DNA of 64,000 nt, from positions 24,678-88,677 of the forward strand of contig NMRA01000945.1 of NCBI GenBank assembly GCA_002633005.1, given 5' to 3'. The position numbers and the translations under genes are program-made. The stretch's first letter is position 1. The number at the start of each line of letters is the position of its first letter. The notes under the pieces are model-generated. The model was not told the DNA's origin. It searched no databases and saw nothing but the letters and a program-made list of their open reading frames with translations. This DNA is from Phoronis australis (taxonomy: Eukaryota; Animalia; Phoronida). Shown here piece by piece: positions 12,674 to 26,718 of the stretch.

Positions 12674-15600
12674 CTGAAAATTGAACTGGCAGCTAGTACA
12701 ACTTTCATGAAAAGGGAAAGAAAGAATGAGGTATGGCAAATACAGAGATCAATTAAACTTTCCTTCATCGTATATACGAAAACAAGTTTTAAAGACCATT
12801 TGCATGCTCCTATATACTAATGAATAGCAGGAACTAACTGACAATGCTATCTGAACATAATCTACACTAAACAAAGTGCAGTTGCATTCATTGACAACTT
12901 GTCAATGTGAAAACAAAAATTTGCAAATAGCTGACCTTTGCCATACTGAGGTACCTTGGGGGCTCATATAGTCCACATCATGCAGCGTTATTCCCTTACA
13001 CCACGGCATGATATTTAACTGGACACAGTTGAGTGATTTACGGCAGATTATTTTCAATACAAAACTCATTCTTAAAAACATTTGGCAATTTTCAAGCTAC
13101 TTCATGTTCACATCTTTGCTACATGTTGTTTTTACCTAATTTGACCATGCAATCACAGAGATAAGGAATTAGCATGCAAGATCCACTTTAAAACAAAACA
13201 ACACCTGTAATGTCCAAGCATTAGTACACCCCCATAAAGAAAAATAGTTATTTGTATATGGACAGTCAAAAATTAAGAAACAGGTGGCCCTTAGTTGTGA
13301 CCTCATGCAAGGACGATACTCATGATGATCATAAAATCATGAATTAAACTATCCTTTTTGCAGAGATGGAGTGAATGCATTGTACCATGATCTGGTGTTT
13401 GAAATTTTAGGCCACCAGATGGAGCTATGTCATTAAAGAAAAGTACAAAACACCTTCCTCAGCTTGTTAATTTCGGCATTACAAATCCCTATGGAGCAGA
13501 CAAAATTTTTCGGGATTATAATGAGCATATCAAACTAATTTCAATGACGAACAATGATCAGTGTACAACCGTATAATGGTACACCTGCATAACAGTACAA
13601 CTGTAGTACACCTGTCGAACAAGTGGTAACATATTACACATTTTTTTATATGCCAAGACAAATGTTTTTCTAGTTGCAAATCTGGCTGGCCTAAAAAGAT
13701 GTGATGATTTCTAGTTTTCATCTTAGTCAAATAAATGTAGACATGAATAAATAAAGTGTTTTCAGAAACAAACACTACGACAGACATTAAAACGATTATT
13801 CATAGAAGTATTAGTACAGCTGTTGTATGCACGGTGGTTATCGTTGGAAAGTTATTTTAACAGCTTTCTCAGTTCCAAGACATCTATCAAACAACAAAAA
13901 ATACCAGACTCACACACGGGTAGATGGCAGCAATTGTTCAGAAATGTATTTCCGGGTAAAAGGACTTGAGTTTAGTAATTCATGTCTAACTGTACTTCCT
14001 ATGTAAGTAATTTCCTTGATTAAACAGGTGTCTCCAGATCATTGATCCTGACATTCCACTGTATACCTGTTGTTAACTACCACTACCAGCTACTCAGACT
14101 CACTTGGATAGAGAGAGCAACCACTATATTGTCAAAGGAAAATATTGGCATTACCCCTCTTGAAGACTTTATTTATTTAATTTTTTATACATTACATAAT
14201 GTAAGAACAACATACATTGAGTACAATTTGTCAGACATCTTCAAAAGCTAAATACCGTAAACTCGCAGGTTAACGCCCATGCCTGGGTAATCGCCCATCC
14301 CCGACTTTGTCAATCTTCGGTTTAAGCGTGCACTGCTTGGGTAACCGCACCCACCCCCTGTCTCAGGATTTCCCAATTTAAGCACCCAGGGCGTTAACCA
14401 GCGTTTCCGGCAAGTCTCTATTAAAGATGTATATAGGAACTACAGTACGGTATCTTTGACTCTACTAATATCCACACAACTGTGTACTAAACTGTGCAAG
14501 TTTTTGCAAGTTGTGTGCAAGTTTCAGTGGTCCATACAGACGATTAAGTACTAATCAAGATATGTGGAATTTAAGTTTATAAGTAACCATAGAAAACTGT
14601 ACAAATTCAGCTAATTTATTAAAAAACACATCACCTCAGAAATGTATGATCAGATTCAACTGAAACTTAGATACTATTCTCGAAAATACTGCTTGAATTT
14701 GTTTTCATTGTTCAACTTTTGCACAAGGTTCCAAAAACTAGGACATTCATGATTTTGCTGAAAAATGATTTGTAGAAAACAAAACTGAAGCAATAATTAA
14801 GCAAACCACAACTGCACTTTTGACATTAAACTTTGAAAATCTATATTGAGATTGTCGGGCCATGTTTCAGGTTTATTCTAATGAAAAGATGTGGCCACAC
14901 AACTCAAACAATGCTAAACTTTAATAAAATCGAGATTTGAAGATATTTTGACAGCATGCACAGACTTGTACTCGCATCAACAAGTTCTAGAAAAGTGAAC
15001 ATATTGAGACAACAGCAACAAATAATTGTGTGACATGCATTATAGAGTGGAAAAGGTCAATGGATACTTCGAACTGTTCAAGAAGATGAGGTGACCTTCT
15101 CTCAGATGCAGCTAAACATATGTGCCCATCATCTTGAATCAAAATTATATTTAATTCAACAGAAAGTGAGCAGGTAAGCAATACCATTATAGCTAATTCA
15201 CGCTTCATAAAAAGGTCTATTCACAAAATTCCTAGTAGAATCATTAATAATTAATTATAAATAACAATAAACAAGCGCACAATAGCTAATGGAATGAACA
15301 CGATTGATTGGGCTAATGTAACACTTAAGGCACAATCCCTCGTGGTAATTTCAGATGCCAAACATAAAAAAATCATTAGTTTCACTGTACAATACTGCAG
15401 TTTACTTCAGCCAGCATTTTATTAAATAAATCTAACGATATTACTAAAACACTAACTTCCCTGTTCCACAGAAAAGAGACTTGGATCTGCCTACGTGATA
15501 AGGAGAATCGATGATGCCAGTAGTTCTAGTACAAATTCATTGACGAAGTACTCAGTGACACGAAATGGGCGGAGTTTCTAAGTAAGAGAAGTACATTTAA

Positions 15601-16021
15601 CTAAATTGAACATGTTACCTACAGTATTGCCTTTTCTGGCTATCTCAGGTAAGAAAAAGGAACTTAAAAAATTGACAATTTTCATTCTTCATGTATTCTC
15701 ATGTATCATTGCCACCATCAGGCCTCAGGGGAGTTGTAGTTAATATACAGATGGGTCAGAGCCGACTCAACTCTCCTTGGTCCCTACGCAGCCTAAAGTT
15801 GTAGCTATACAGATGGGTAAGAGTCAACTCAACTCTCCTTGGTCCCTACACTAAGCCTCAAGGTCACATGTTTCAACCTGATGTTGGTATTGACCATGTA
15901 CCTATTGACTCGTATGTAGCTGGTCAATATTTCCTATGTTGCGTTCTACACGAACCTCATTTACAAAACTTAATCAGTATAATGACTGAGAAAGTGAAAG
16001 CGCACAACAGAGGGCACTTAC

Positions 16022-16125
16022 CTTGGGCGTGCGCGGCTCTTCATCAGACTCTTCATCTTGAGGGGTGAGACTGCCTCGACGACTACCAGGAATAATACCC
16101 AGCATGCAGTACGGGTCACTGAATC
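16022..16125 (-). CDS. BAIAP3: BAIAP3-like exon, C2A (G-FSDPYCMLGIIPGSRRGSLTPQDEESDEEPRTPK)
   Basis: GFSDPYCMLGI C2A signature; tgtgtAG acceptor, AAG|GTAAGT donor, phases 1-0. Confidence 0.96.
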
Positions 16126-17243
16126 CTACACAGGAATAAGACAATGGCAAGATAATGAACCATCAAACAATTGAAAGATTAGCAAGAGTACGGTCCTTGA
16201 AATTTGAGCGATATTGGCGTACAAGAAGGGTTTACTTATGCCTATTGTAATCTGGGATGCAAGGTGACTACCTTGATCTTGCAGCTAAGAACATGTCCCA
16301 CTAATCCCACTCTTGACTTTGAAGTTGTTTTTTCAATTTAGGTACAATTGCGACCCAACAACTCTTGAGAGGGAGTCTTGAATCATTCTCCAGGTCCAGC
16401 CTCAAAAATACACTTCTAAATTTCTAACTTAGTTCAGTCTAATTTAAACTTGTGTTGGATCCTATTGACAAGCCTTGCAATGCATTTCACCAAATATCTA
16501 CAAAACTGTAGATTTTAGCTTCAGTTGGTAAAAGGTTTTTTTGGAACTGGAAAGCCTGTAGATTGAGTTTTGATTTCTTACAAATTTTTCATTAACTGGG
16601 TCAGATGACATGTCTTTCTAAGGAAATTAACCAAAAAAGCAGCAATGGCAATAACATGGCCTCATTTCACTGGATATAAAATTTAAAGCTGTGCACTCTA
16701 AAAAACGCTCTAACAGTTTCTAAAATAGTTTGTTTTCGTTTTACATAACGTTAGAGTTTTTTCATGAAGATCATAAAAGTCCGATTTTAGATAGCCTCTC
16801 ATACAAAAATGGAACATTTTAATAAGCAATTCTTTCTTAGTTTTTAAGTAAGAATTATTAGTCTTCATACATGTCATGTGTTGGTCACATCACGTGATCT
16901 TTAGTTAACTCTGAAACATTCTCTGTCTTTGATTCATAACAACACTAATAATGTAAATTCTTATAAATGATTTAAGGAACAGTGAATACAACATTGTATT
17001 TGAAAGTTTCATATGGATCCAATCAGTCATTCCTGAGATACTGTGTTCAAAATGTAGCCAAATTTGGACATATTCCTAGAGTCCTCCACAATGTTAACAA
17101 CAAACAGGTCAAAACCGTAATACCGTACAAGCAGAAGAGAACACGTAGTCAGGCAATTGAAAAATGGAGATTTAACTGGGATCCAAAACAATAACAATCC
17201 CTTAAAAATAGCTGTTGAATGCAAATGTAAACCACTGTCTTAC

Positions 17244-17478
17244 CATCAGCATCCTTTGCTTCCAAGTGCCTAGCCTCTACAACAGTCACTGTAAGGATGA
17301 CAATAGGGGGCTTTTCTTCCGCTGCACGCCCCAGCAGATGGGCATGCTCCTCAGGCTGTATGTTGAAGGCCTCCTGTGCATACTGATACAGGTCATGGAT
17401 ATAGGCGGAGTGACCGGCGCTAGTTGTACCTATCTTATGTTTGATGGTGTACAGCACTTCGATGTATAGCAGGTCATA
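17244..17478 (-). CDS. BAIAP3: BAIAP3-like exon, N-terminal helices and start of C2A (YDLLYIEVLYTIKHKIG...VTVVEARHLEAKDAD-G)
   Basis: LYxEVLYTIxHxxG and VVEAxxLxAKDAxG motifs typical of BAIAP3/UNC13D; ttcttccAG acceptor, G|GTAAGA donor, phases 0-1. Confidence 0.96.
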
Positions 17479-17736
17479 CTGGAAGAACAGACGCGTGTTT
17501 TAGTACATGTGACGTCATAACACAAGAATGAGGGGGAGTTTCATGGTGTACAGCACTTCAATGCATATAGCAGGTTATACTAGAAGACCCAACAAATGTG
17601 TTGGTAATACGAAAATGAGGGCAATAGGAAAATAACAGAGCAATACTTTATGAAGCATGAGATAAAGAGGAGAAGCATCAGGTCACATTATGTTTCGGGA
17701 CAAAGGTATTACATATAGAAAACTACAGAAGAGTAT

Positions 17737-18000
17737 GGAAACTATTCATAGACACCATGTCACACATAGAAACTATTCATGGACAGCTGGTCACATATGG
17801 AAACTATTCATGGACACCATGTCATGCATAGAAATTGTTTATGGACACCCTGTCATACATCAAAACTATTCATGGACACCTTGCAACACATAGAAACTAT
17901 TCATGGACACCTGGTCACGCATAGAGACTATTCATGGACACCTGGTCACAAATGGAAACTGTTCATGGACACCATGTCACATACGGAAACTACTCAAGGA
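17737..18000. repeat. Minisatellite, ~30-32 bp unit (gaaactattcatggacacctggtcacacata), ~8 copies
   Basis: Directly visible tandem units. Confidence 0.92.
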
Positions 18001-19577
18001 TGATGCTGAAACCACTTGGCTGATGTATTGCATAGATACATACATTGGCAATGCCATTTTAAGAAACAGTCTGACATAAACTATAATGGTCTGATGTTTA
18101 CCTGTTGTAATTACAACGGCTTACAATTGATAAAAACCTCAGCCACATTATTAAAAGTAAGTGACCCAGTTGTGATTTACGTTAAGGAGATTCCCCACTT
18201 TTCAGTCATTTCGACAGCCAAATCTTCAAAAATTAATACTTTTTCTGGTTTTAAAATGTTTACACAATTCTGCTCTGCACCAAACTAAATTAAAAACAAT
18301 TTCTAGGACCCTTCTCAATATTTTAAGAGGTAATCAAATGATAATTAGTATGTATCCTAGCTGGGAAAGTACCAGCGCTTCTGAGGGTCAAACTGTTCAA
18401 GAACACCACAATCCAAGCTTTTTGAGTCATATTTTTTATCTCAAACTGAAGCAGTGTGTTTTCAGAAATCAGAATTTCCACATATCAAAATTAAGACAAG
18501 TTCAACAATATTTTTACCACACCAACAATGCATTCAGGTGGCAGGTACATCTTGAATTTAGTGTTTTCACAACTGCCGAAATTATGAACGGGTCGTGCAT
18601 TTGGTTTTCAATAAATTAAAAAGATCTTTTTTAATTCACTAAGTCCTAGGTACTCAATGGCTATCAATCGCAGCACCAATCCTGAAACAGGATTTATTTG
18701 AAATTCATTTTTAAATGACACGCAAATGCTTGTTTTTCAAAAGTAGTCTCATCAGTACTTTGAACAGGTTTCCATTAGTATACTGCATCCTCACTCAATC
18801 ACCAATGAGGTGTGAGAAAGAAACATTCATTTCAATGCTCATCTCATGCCAGTCAACCAACTGCTGTCTCACAATAGCACCAAGTTGCCAGCATTAACTA
18901 TTGCTCCTCACTCAAAGCCTCCATCTTGTATTGAGCAAGTTCTCCATTCTCTGACACCCAATCCGCCGAAGGGTTTTATCATGTTCTGTTGTATTCAACT
19001 GAATCACTGGTGGATCAGTTAATGGTGTAATAGAGGACTTTTCATATTGGCGTTATTTAGAGTAATGAGAGCACAAAAGTGACTTCCGCTTGATTCCCAA
19101 TCAAAGTAGGTGGACAGAAATTCAATTACTACAAAGTGGTTCCTTAATTTAAAAGCAGAGAAATAAATTCTCAGTGTTTAATTAGGTTAAGTTCACTGAA
19201 TTAGTTCAGCTTCGTGACATTGGAATTTGCGGCCAAAATTCTCCTGTTTTATGAACCACAGCAACTGACTTTGTCGCATTTTCTTCTTCACAGTGGGAAA
19301 TGTATGGAACATGATGTCCTTCATCCATAATATTTGAAGAGGTTTGCCTTTTTCTGTAAGCCATTAGTGCACCCCCAATGCACAGTAATGGAAATTTGAC
19401 AGCGTTATGATAGCAGGAAAGATATTAAAACGCTGATTACATCAGTTGTAACCTCCTTTCAGATTACACGCGATGTGTAGGTGGCACTGAACACCTATGC
19501 AACAAAGATCTGATAGACGTCTGGCATAGAGCAATTCAATATGGCATACCTATTTTGAAAGTCAGTTATTACCATAC

Positions 19578-19838
19578 ACAAACATCAGGTGTTGATGTTA
19601 ATGTGATGTTAAAGTAAGAGGCCACAATTACATCAACATCACAGATTGATGTTTAAGTGAGAGGTAACAATTACACCAACATCACAGACTGATGTTGAAG
19701 TGAGAGATAAATTAACATCAACATCACGGACTGATGTTGAAGCGAGAGGTAACTATTACACCAACATCACAGATTGATGTTGAAGTGAGAGGTAAATTAC
19801 ACCAACATCACAGGTTGATCTTATGAGAGGTCACTATT
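19578..19838. repeat. Minisatellite, ~41-44 bp unit with internal hairpin (caacatca-cagat-tgatgttg), 5-6 copies
   Basis: Units begin near 19627, 19670, 19711, 19755 and 19796. Confidence 0.9.
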
Positions 19839-20758
19839 GCTGCTTGGTATTAAGTCAGCAAATTGATTTAAAATATTGAACTGAATATTTCAAAAGTTGA
19901 CAGTCAGATCAAATATGCAAAAACAATTGAGCAAACATAAAAAGTGGTAACACGCCAATGCAATGTTTAAGATTTGTACACCTCAGTAGAGGGGCCAGTG
20001 ACTGCAGTGTATCTAATGAAATAATTATCACCACCACCTAATTACTAACACTAGCTCTCAATAACACTTCACTATAATCATAAGCACTTAGTTATTCAGG
20101 GAAATCAAAAGCATTAATGTCTTTTGCATACATAATCCAATCCCAGGGATATGCAGCACAGCACAATGTCACAGTAGTGTCGGGATCTGCATGTAAGGAA
20201 GTCTTACAACAAGGGAGTCATGGCTCAATTAACCAACATTGAAGCCAATTTAATCATATGACAGGCTTATAACACACTGTCAGCAACAGACACTGCAACA
20301 GCTATACAACTTAAAAAAGATTAATCTTCAGCTGATCTGCAAATTAAACTGAAGACCCACACACATTCTCCGCTGTTCCATGGCAACGGATAGAACACTT
20401 CCTGGAAACCAACCACTAATTTCCTTCCTACTGTCAGCTTAATGAATCCAGCTCAAAGTGAGCACACATTTTATGACTTAACAAAATGTCAAGTCCAAGC
20501 AGTGCTCTCAAACTGTACTGGTGTTTTGCAACATCTCACTGTTGTTTTCAAACAACTTGATATTGAACCATGAATTAAACTCCTCCAGCATCACAAGATA
20601 ACAAATACATTGGAATCTCAAGGCCGCAACCCATTTATGGAAGTTAGGGTATGATAAAGATACATCTGCCTAAATGACAAATCTGAAAGCTATTTATTCA
20701 GACAGCACAAGATGGTTTTGTATTGATAAGAAATAACCTGACCAGACAAGTGACTGAC

Positions 20759-20842
20759 CTCTTGTTTGGCAAGTGGCAGTGGCCTTGATAAAATGACAAA
20801 CTGGTTCTCTGCAGGAGGGTCTTTACTCTCATTTTTGGCAGC
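20759..20842 (-). CDS. BAIAP3: BAIAP3-like exon (AAKNESKDPPAENQFVILSRPLPLAKQE)
   Basis: tgtttttcAG acceptor, GAG|GTCAGT donor, 84 nt, phases 0-0, open and compatible with both neighbours. Confidence 0.78.
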
Positions 20843-22962
20843 CTGAAAAACAGCATGATTATAAATAAGTCAAATCTTATCAAAGCCAAGGTGTTAGAGC
20901 CTGAGATTTTTAAGACAGCTTTTTACAATTAAGTATGCTGATTAAACAGTTTATGTTTACTTGTTGACCTCACATGGTATATAATAAGTATATGCCTAAA
21001 TAATGGTGTACAATTAGTTTATTGAACAAACTAGATTTAAAATATTCAATTTGACTTTGGCCACAATCCTTTTAAGTAATTATTGCTGAGCCACACACAA
21101 AAACTAGGAAGGTAGTGCCACGGATGACACCTTCCTACTAACACAACAACTCCTCCCGTTTTGGAGTGTTTCGGTCTGTGGTAAACTGTAACTCCTGGAC
21201 TTAACAGCCATCACAACAACCCTCAATTTAATATGTGAAGTTGCATAACTCCCCTGCAATGGGACAGTTCCCTCAACTTCATAGGTAGTGATCGCTAGAG
21301 GTTGTGATATGCAACACATGTATTCAATGGAAAGTGTACATCAACTATGCCATCTGGTGTTTAATCCCAGAAGATAAAATGTTGCTACTGGAGAGGGGTT
21401 AGTGACAGACAAGTGTTTCTCACTGGTTTTGCCTTGACGCCAGTTGACGGCAGATGCGAAGAAAACAATTTATACTAATCAGTAAAAATCCTGGCTCTTT
21501 AAAACATTAGGTTACAGCATTTTAATTAAAAGCAAGTAATTGTAAGCGACAGATATGACGTCATGTGCCTCACCACCATAAAAACCACATATAATGGCAA
21601 TCAAACCATTTGACATGTTTATGCTCAACTTTAAAATAACACAGTTCCAAGATAAAAGACACAAGCAGGAATAAATTAATTGATGATTGTGATTGTTATT
21701 ACAAAAACACACGAAGTGCAGGGTTTAGCTGGTAATTTTACTGTGAAAAGCCACCACGAGTTACAACTGAACAGCACATCCTGTTGAGATGTACCGTAAC
21801 TTTAACTGTTAATGAAACCTTTTTTGAGTTTGGCTGAGAGGTGAACTATATTAACTGATCTTTAACAGGCTCTTTTATGGTAACTAACAACCTTTAATAT
21901 GATGTGCCAAATTTCTCGACTTATTGAAAACAATGACCAGAAGTTTGTAATCATGTGATGGTTTGAAATGTTTTATTAATACAAAGATCACCTTAACTTC
22001 ACATATTTTGGTTCAACACTTGGAAATTCTGTTTATATTCTAATAGCTACAAGTGTTTGTCAAGAAACAGACTGCCTGTGCTTCATGCAAAAAATTGTCT
22101 GTGGAAGTTAAGATGATCTCTGTGAAGAAAAAGCGGTCAAAAGATTACAAACATTTGGGTATTATTTTCATGCCCAGCATGGTTTTTACAAGTGTGCGGT
22201 TTTATGGGTTCACATAATAAAAGTATATTCACAAAATACCGTACGACCATTTCAAACGACGGTAGTTACCGTTAACATTCAAGTTAACACCCTGGGCACT
22301 TAAATTAGTGAGCAACGAAATCTGTAGGTGGGTGCTAAACTCAGAAATATGAGGTAAAATTTGAAATTTCAAGAACTTGGGGGTGGGTGCTTACATCCTC
22401 AAGTCTTGCAGTGTAACAAGTTAAGCAAGCACAAATCAAGATATGTGATAAGCTTTCGTCCTTTTTAATAACCTTTTTAGTTTCCGATTTCTAGGGAAAA
22501 CGTTCGGGGAAATTTGGAATTATCATGATCACAATACCAATGCTATAATGATGTGAACAGAAGGAAATTCTCTCCAATCATTAATTGGATATAGTGCTGA
22601 TGGTGTGATCTCTCCAGATTAATGGGAGCATTTGAGCACATATCGTAAATAACGGACTTTTAGAGTGACCAGTGGACAGCAGTTATTGTCAGGTAATGAA
22701 ATGCTTATGTTTTAGGAACTTTTACTCCAAGATTTATAGTTTAATATAAAAGCTAAGATTTCAACTACTTGAGCAGTTTGGTGAAAATAATAACCACGCA
22801 GAAAAGAAATATCTGACGTTTACATATAACAATTAAATGTTGTCTGTAACGAGCAATCCTGAACAACAGGGGATGTTTTGCAATTATAGTAGTTGCCAGC
22901 ATTTTAAAAGTATTTGGTCAACATTTTGAAAATTAACAATTTAGTTAAGAATAGGTACTTAC

Positions 22963-23050
22963 CTCATGAACAGCTCGTAGTCTCTTGTTCTCATGCCTCC
23001 AGGCCAGAGCTGTGAAGTTCTCAAAGAAGCTTCCGTCAGACTCCTGTACA
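22963..23050 (-). CDS. BAIAP3: BAIAP3-like exon (R-VQESDGSFFENFTALAWRHENKRLRAVHE)
   Basis: ttttacAG acceptor, GAG|GTAAGT donor, phases 2-0. FFExFTALxWxxENxRL resembles the N-terminal motif of invertebrate BAIAP3/staccato proteins (from memory). Confidence 0.88.
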
Positions 23051-24764
23051 CTGTAAAAGTCCATTTCACTGTCTTACTGGTAATTCACTGTAGTGCTGTA
23101 GTCTGCTGATAGCTTCACTACCCAGCTAACTATATTGGAAGATAGTGTCTTCAACTGGCTTCAACAGGTAAAGATGCCAGAGTTGAGACATGCAGATAGA
23201 CTACCAACAATTCAACATCAGTCTGACAAGCTCTTGAAGTGCCAGCTGTGTGAACAGTTGTCACAATCCTGTATCTCTTAGTAGTTCAGCTCTATCAGTC
23301 ACTGATAAATCTATAATTCCTCAGGTGGTTGGAGCTGCGTAGCGTCATACATAGAACAAGTCCTGCCTACTAAATGATTATTGATCATACAGAAGAGAGA
23401 GCACCCTAACTCAACACAAGACCAAACCTGCAGATGGCAGCATTCCCTGGCTCTAATCAAAATTGCACTGTTTATACAGGGCCCATTCCCACCTCAATGT
23501 GTTGGTAGGTTATCTATAACTTATTAATGATAATGGATTATGTTGTGTACAATATGTTGATGCTAACCATCAACAAATCAACACACACATAACCTGGTTA
23601 TGGACACTGGAAATCAATAAATCAACAGTGTTATTTGCTCTCAATCACCACGACAGGGTGCTGTACTGTAGCGGACTGTGATAAAAACAAGCACAGTTAG
23701 TCACAGACTAATAGCTTAAATTTTGATATCCTATGGTATTTTTAAAAGGAACATGTGTTAATCATTTCAGAATTGCTAGTTCAACTGATGGTCTACAATT
23801 GATTGATCAATGTCTTTAGTAGTTCCTGGTGAATTTGTTGTGTGGTCAGTTGGTATGGTCAGTCGCATCAAGGTGGACTGAAGGCTATGAATACTTTGAC
23901 AACTGATTTCTGCAGCTCTCAATTACAACTCATCTAGTCATCAATCAAGCATTACTTCACAAAATGATAACATTACAATTCCCTGGAGACTCCCAATGGA
24001 CATACATCCTTTGACAGATGAGAAGATGGTGAAGCAGCAGTTGAACACGGGTCTTCACTTGACCATGGTCTATAACTGGACAAAAGATGCTGACACTGTG
24101 TGCCCATTCACTAACAAAGATTTAAAATCCAGGGAGATAAATTATGCCTTGTCATCCCTTTCATATTCACCAGGACTCATCATATATTAAGTATTGATCC
24201 CAGAACAAAACCTATTATAACACAACTTAGAAGAGCTGGAACAAGTGATCTGGTAGCACAATTAGATAGTGAAGAAGTTTGCAGGACTGAGAGCAACCTG
24301 TTACATGTTGTGTTCATCTAAAGCCACTCACACGTGACCATCTAAACCCAAGCATGAGTGTTTGGGATGGACTAAGTGCATTTCCATTGTGCTTTTTGCA
24401 AGCAAGCTCCTGTTCTCATGACACATAAAACAGCAGAAGAAATTTGCAATCATTTCTGAAAAGGCTTTCTAACAGCAAATAAATTGACATTGATGAATTT
24501 TTTTGTTGTGCCAAATAATTTTACTAGTCAACTAGTTGCGGTGATGCCCACCCCCCCCCCCACCCCCCATCAACAGTGCAGACATAGTCTTGACTAAATA
24601 TTCCTGGTCTGATGTTTGTTTGTCATATGCTTCTTATAATGACTTAGAAGTCTGGGGTTACCTATTCAAGATTTTCTGATCTAATGACTGCTCTTTTACT
24701 GACGGATTCCTTGCTGCAATGTTGTTACTTTACTATCATTTACTGTACAAGTCTGTGGTTCTTG

Positions 24765-25045
24765 ATCATTTTTGTCATCATCATTCATCGATATCATCAT
24801 CACCATAACTATCATTTTTCATTCATTTTCTCCAAGTGTGACTGGACAGGGCCGTTTCTTAGAATCATTTTGGATATCATCACCATGACCATGACCATAG
24901 TCATTGTCCGCCATCATCATCATCCGTCACCATCACCGTCACCATACTCATCATCATCGCCATCATCATCACCACCATCATCATCTTTTCCACTGTCGTC
25001 ATTGCCACCACAACCGTCACCATCATCTTCCGTCATAACAATCAT
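24765..25045. repeat. Degenerate (CAT/CAC)n microsatellite
   Basis: catcatcatc/caccat runs; explains the poly-His/Ser ORF 24684-25103. Confidence 0.88.
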
Positions 25046-25798
25046 TAAGCATTTTATTTCACCATGTCACTGTCAGTCTCTAAAGCACTTTGATTTTTGC
25101 TAGTTGAAATTAGGATCTAACGGAGTGCTAATGATATACAGCAATCTAACAGACATGAGTGTGCTTAGCGTGAAGCCTCCCAGGCATTTTCAACACTTCA
25201 TTAGATTCCACAACATTGACAAAAATAACAATTCCTTAAGGAAATTGACTTCCTTTTTTATCAAAGATCAAACATCTTAAAAGTTACTATAAGCAGGTGT
25301 TCCATTAAAGAAACTAACTTTTGATTTAGGCCATTGATTTACTACTATAGAAATGTTCTCAACTTGTTCCTTACTAACATATTTTTGGTCTTGCAAAGTA
25401 CTGACAGTTACTTCCTACTCAAGACACTATGCTAGGAGAATAAAATGATACGTCGCCATAACAACTAGTAAAATCTGGTCTTGAGCGCTAATGAACTGTC
25501 AATTCATTTCAAGACCAGAAATCACACCTATTTTGATTAAGGAAAATTTTGAGACAAAATTTAGATAATGGTAAGTGGTCTTAATCAGAAATTGCTTTTT
25601 GTGATAGCAGCTTTAAATAACTTCTAAGGTCACTAAATAAGGTTTGAGTTATCTCAAACCTTATTTAGAGACATTCATTCTAACTCATATATCAAAAAAG
25701 CAGGCTATGTCAACTAGTAAAAGTTTATATTAACCGTGTTTGCTATTTCAACATTCGCTCGCAATGTCAACTGAGTTTGCAGTGCGTAATAAACTTAA

Positions 25799-26718
25799 AG
25801 GTGAAGGCAACCTCTTTTCCTGTCATTTTTAGCAAAAATAAGGTTCGTTGATTATCCCAGATCTATTTTTCATTTAATTACAGAAGCTTTTTGTAATTTA
25901 AACAATTACTCGTCCTTTACTCCGGAAGTGACGTTTTGGGAGGCAAGCATTTCGCGCCAATTTATTTTCATTTAGTCTGACTGTGAGAGCTACCGAGTCA
26001 GTCATTGTTCTACCTCTGTTGTGATAAGTTCAGTTGTTGTCATTTGCTTTTGTTTATGAGTCAGTCAACATAAAACACTGTTGCTACATACCGAGATGCA
26101 CTATCTCATTATCGTCACACAGACAGAGGAACAATTGTCCCACTTGCCCAAGTGTCCGTGACATACTCTCACTGGATGGTGACCTGAGCTCACAAGCTGC
26201 TTACATCCCGCAGTGCTTCTCCCTCAAACACACCTGGCACCTTCTAAATAGCTCCAATACTTTAGACAAGTCCTCAATAAACTTATCAAAGTTTGCCTCA
26301 CCGATCTGTTTATTGAACGATGAATTGTCCTCTTCACTGGGTGTCGAACCGGCCTGTATTCACATTCCCTCTACTCAACATCGGAGCAGGGCTGCTTACA
26401 GGCTCTGCACGATAATGAGTACATCCTGGTGCGCAGCAACAGGATGGCATGTTGACAGACTCGAAAGCAAAAGCAAACGATGACGGAACTTGTCACAGCC
26501 GAGCTATAACAATGACTGACTCGACAGCTCTCATAGTCACACTATATGAAAAAAAATTGGTGCGAAAATCTTGCCTCAGTCCCAAAACGTCACTTCCAGA
26601 GTAAAGGACAAATAATTAATTAAGTTTCGAAAAGCTGTAATTAAGTGAAAAATATGTCAGGGATAATCAAAGAACCTTATTTTTGCTAAGTGACATGAAA
26701 AAAAGGTTGACTTTCCCT
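25799..26718 (-). mobile_element. Internally deleted Kolobok-like DNA transposon with ~215-bp TIRs and TTAA TSD
   Basis: TTAA at 25795-25798 and 26719-26722, AG termini and long imperfect inverted repeats. The minus-strand interior reads MPSCCCAPGC (THAP-like start) and KFIEDLSKVLELFRRCQVC. Confidence 0.75.

Noticed and set aside
24684-25103. 139-aa His/Ser/Pro-rich ORF
   Set aside because: It is a translation of a (CAT)n microsatellite.
26034-26483. 149-aa plus-strand ORF
   Set aside because: It is the antisense shadow of transposase remnants inside the Kolobok-like element.
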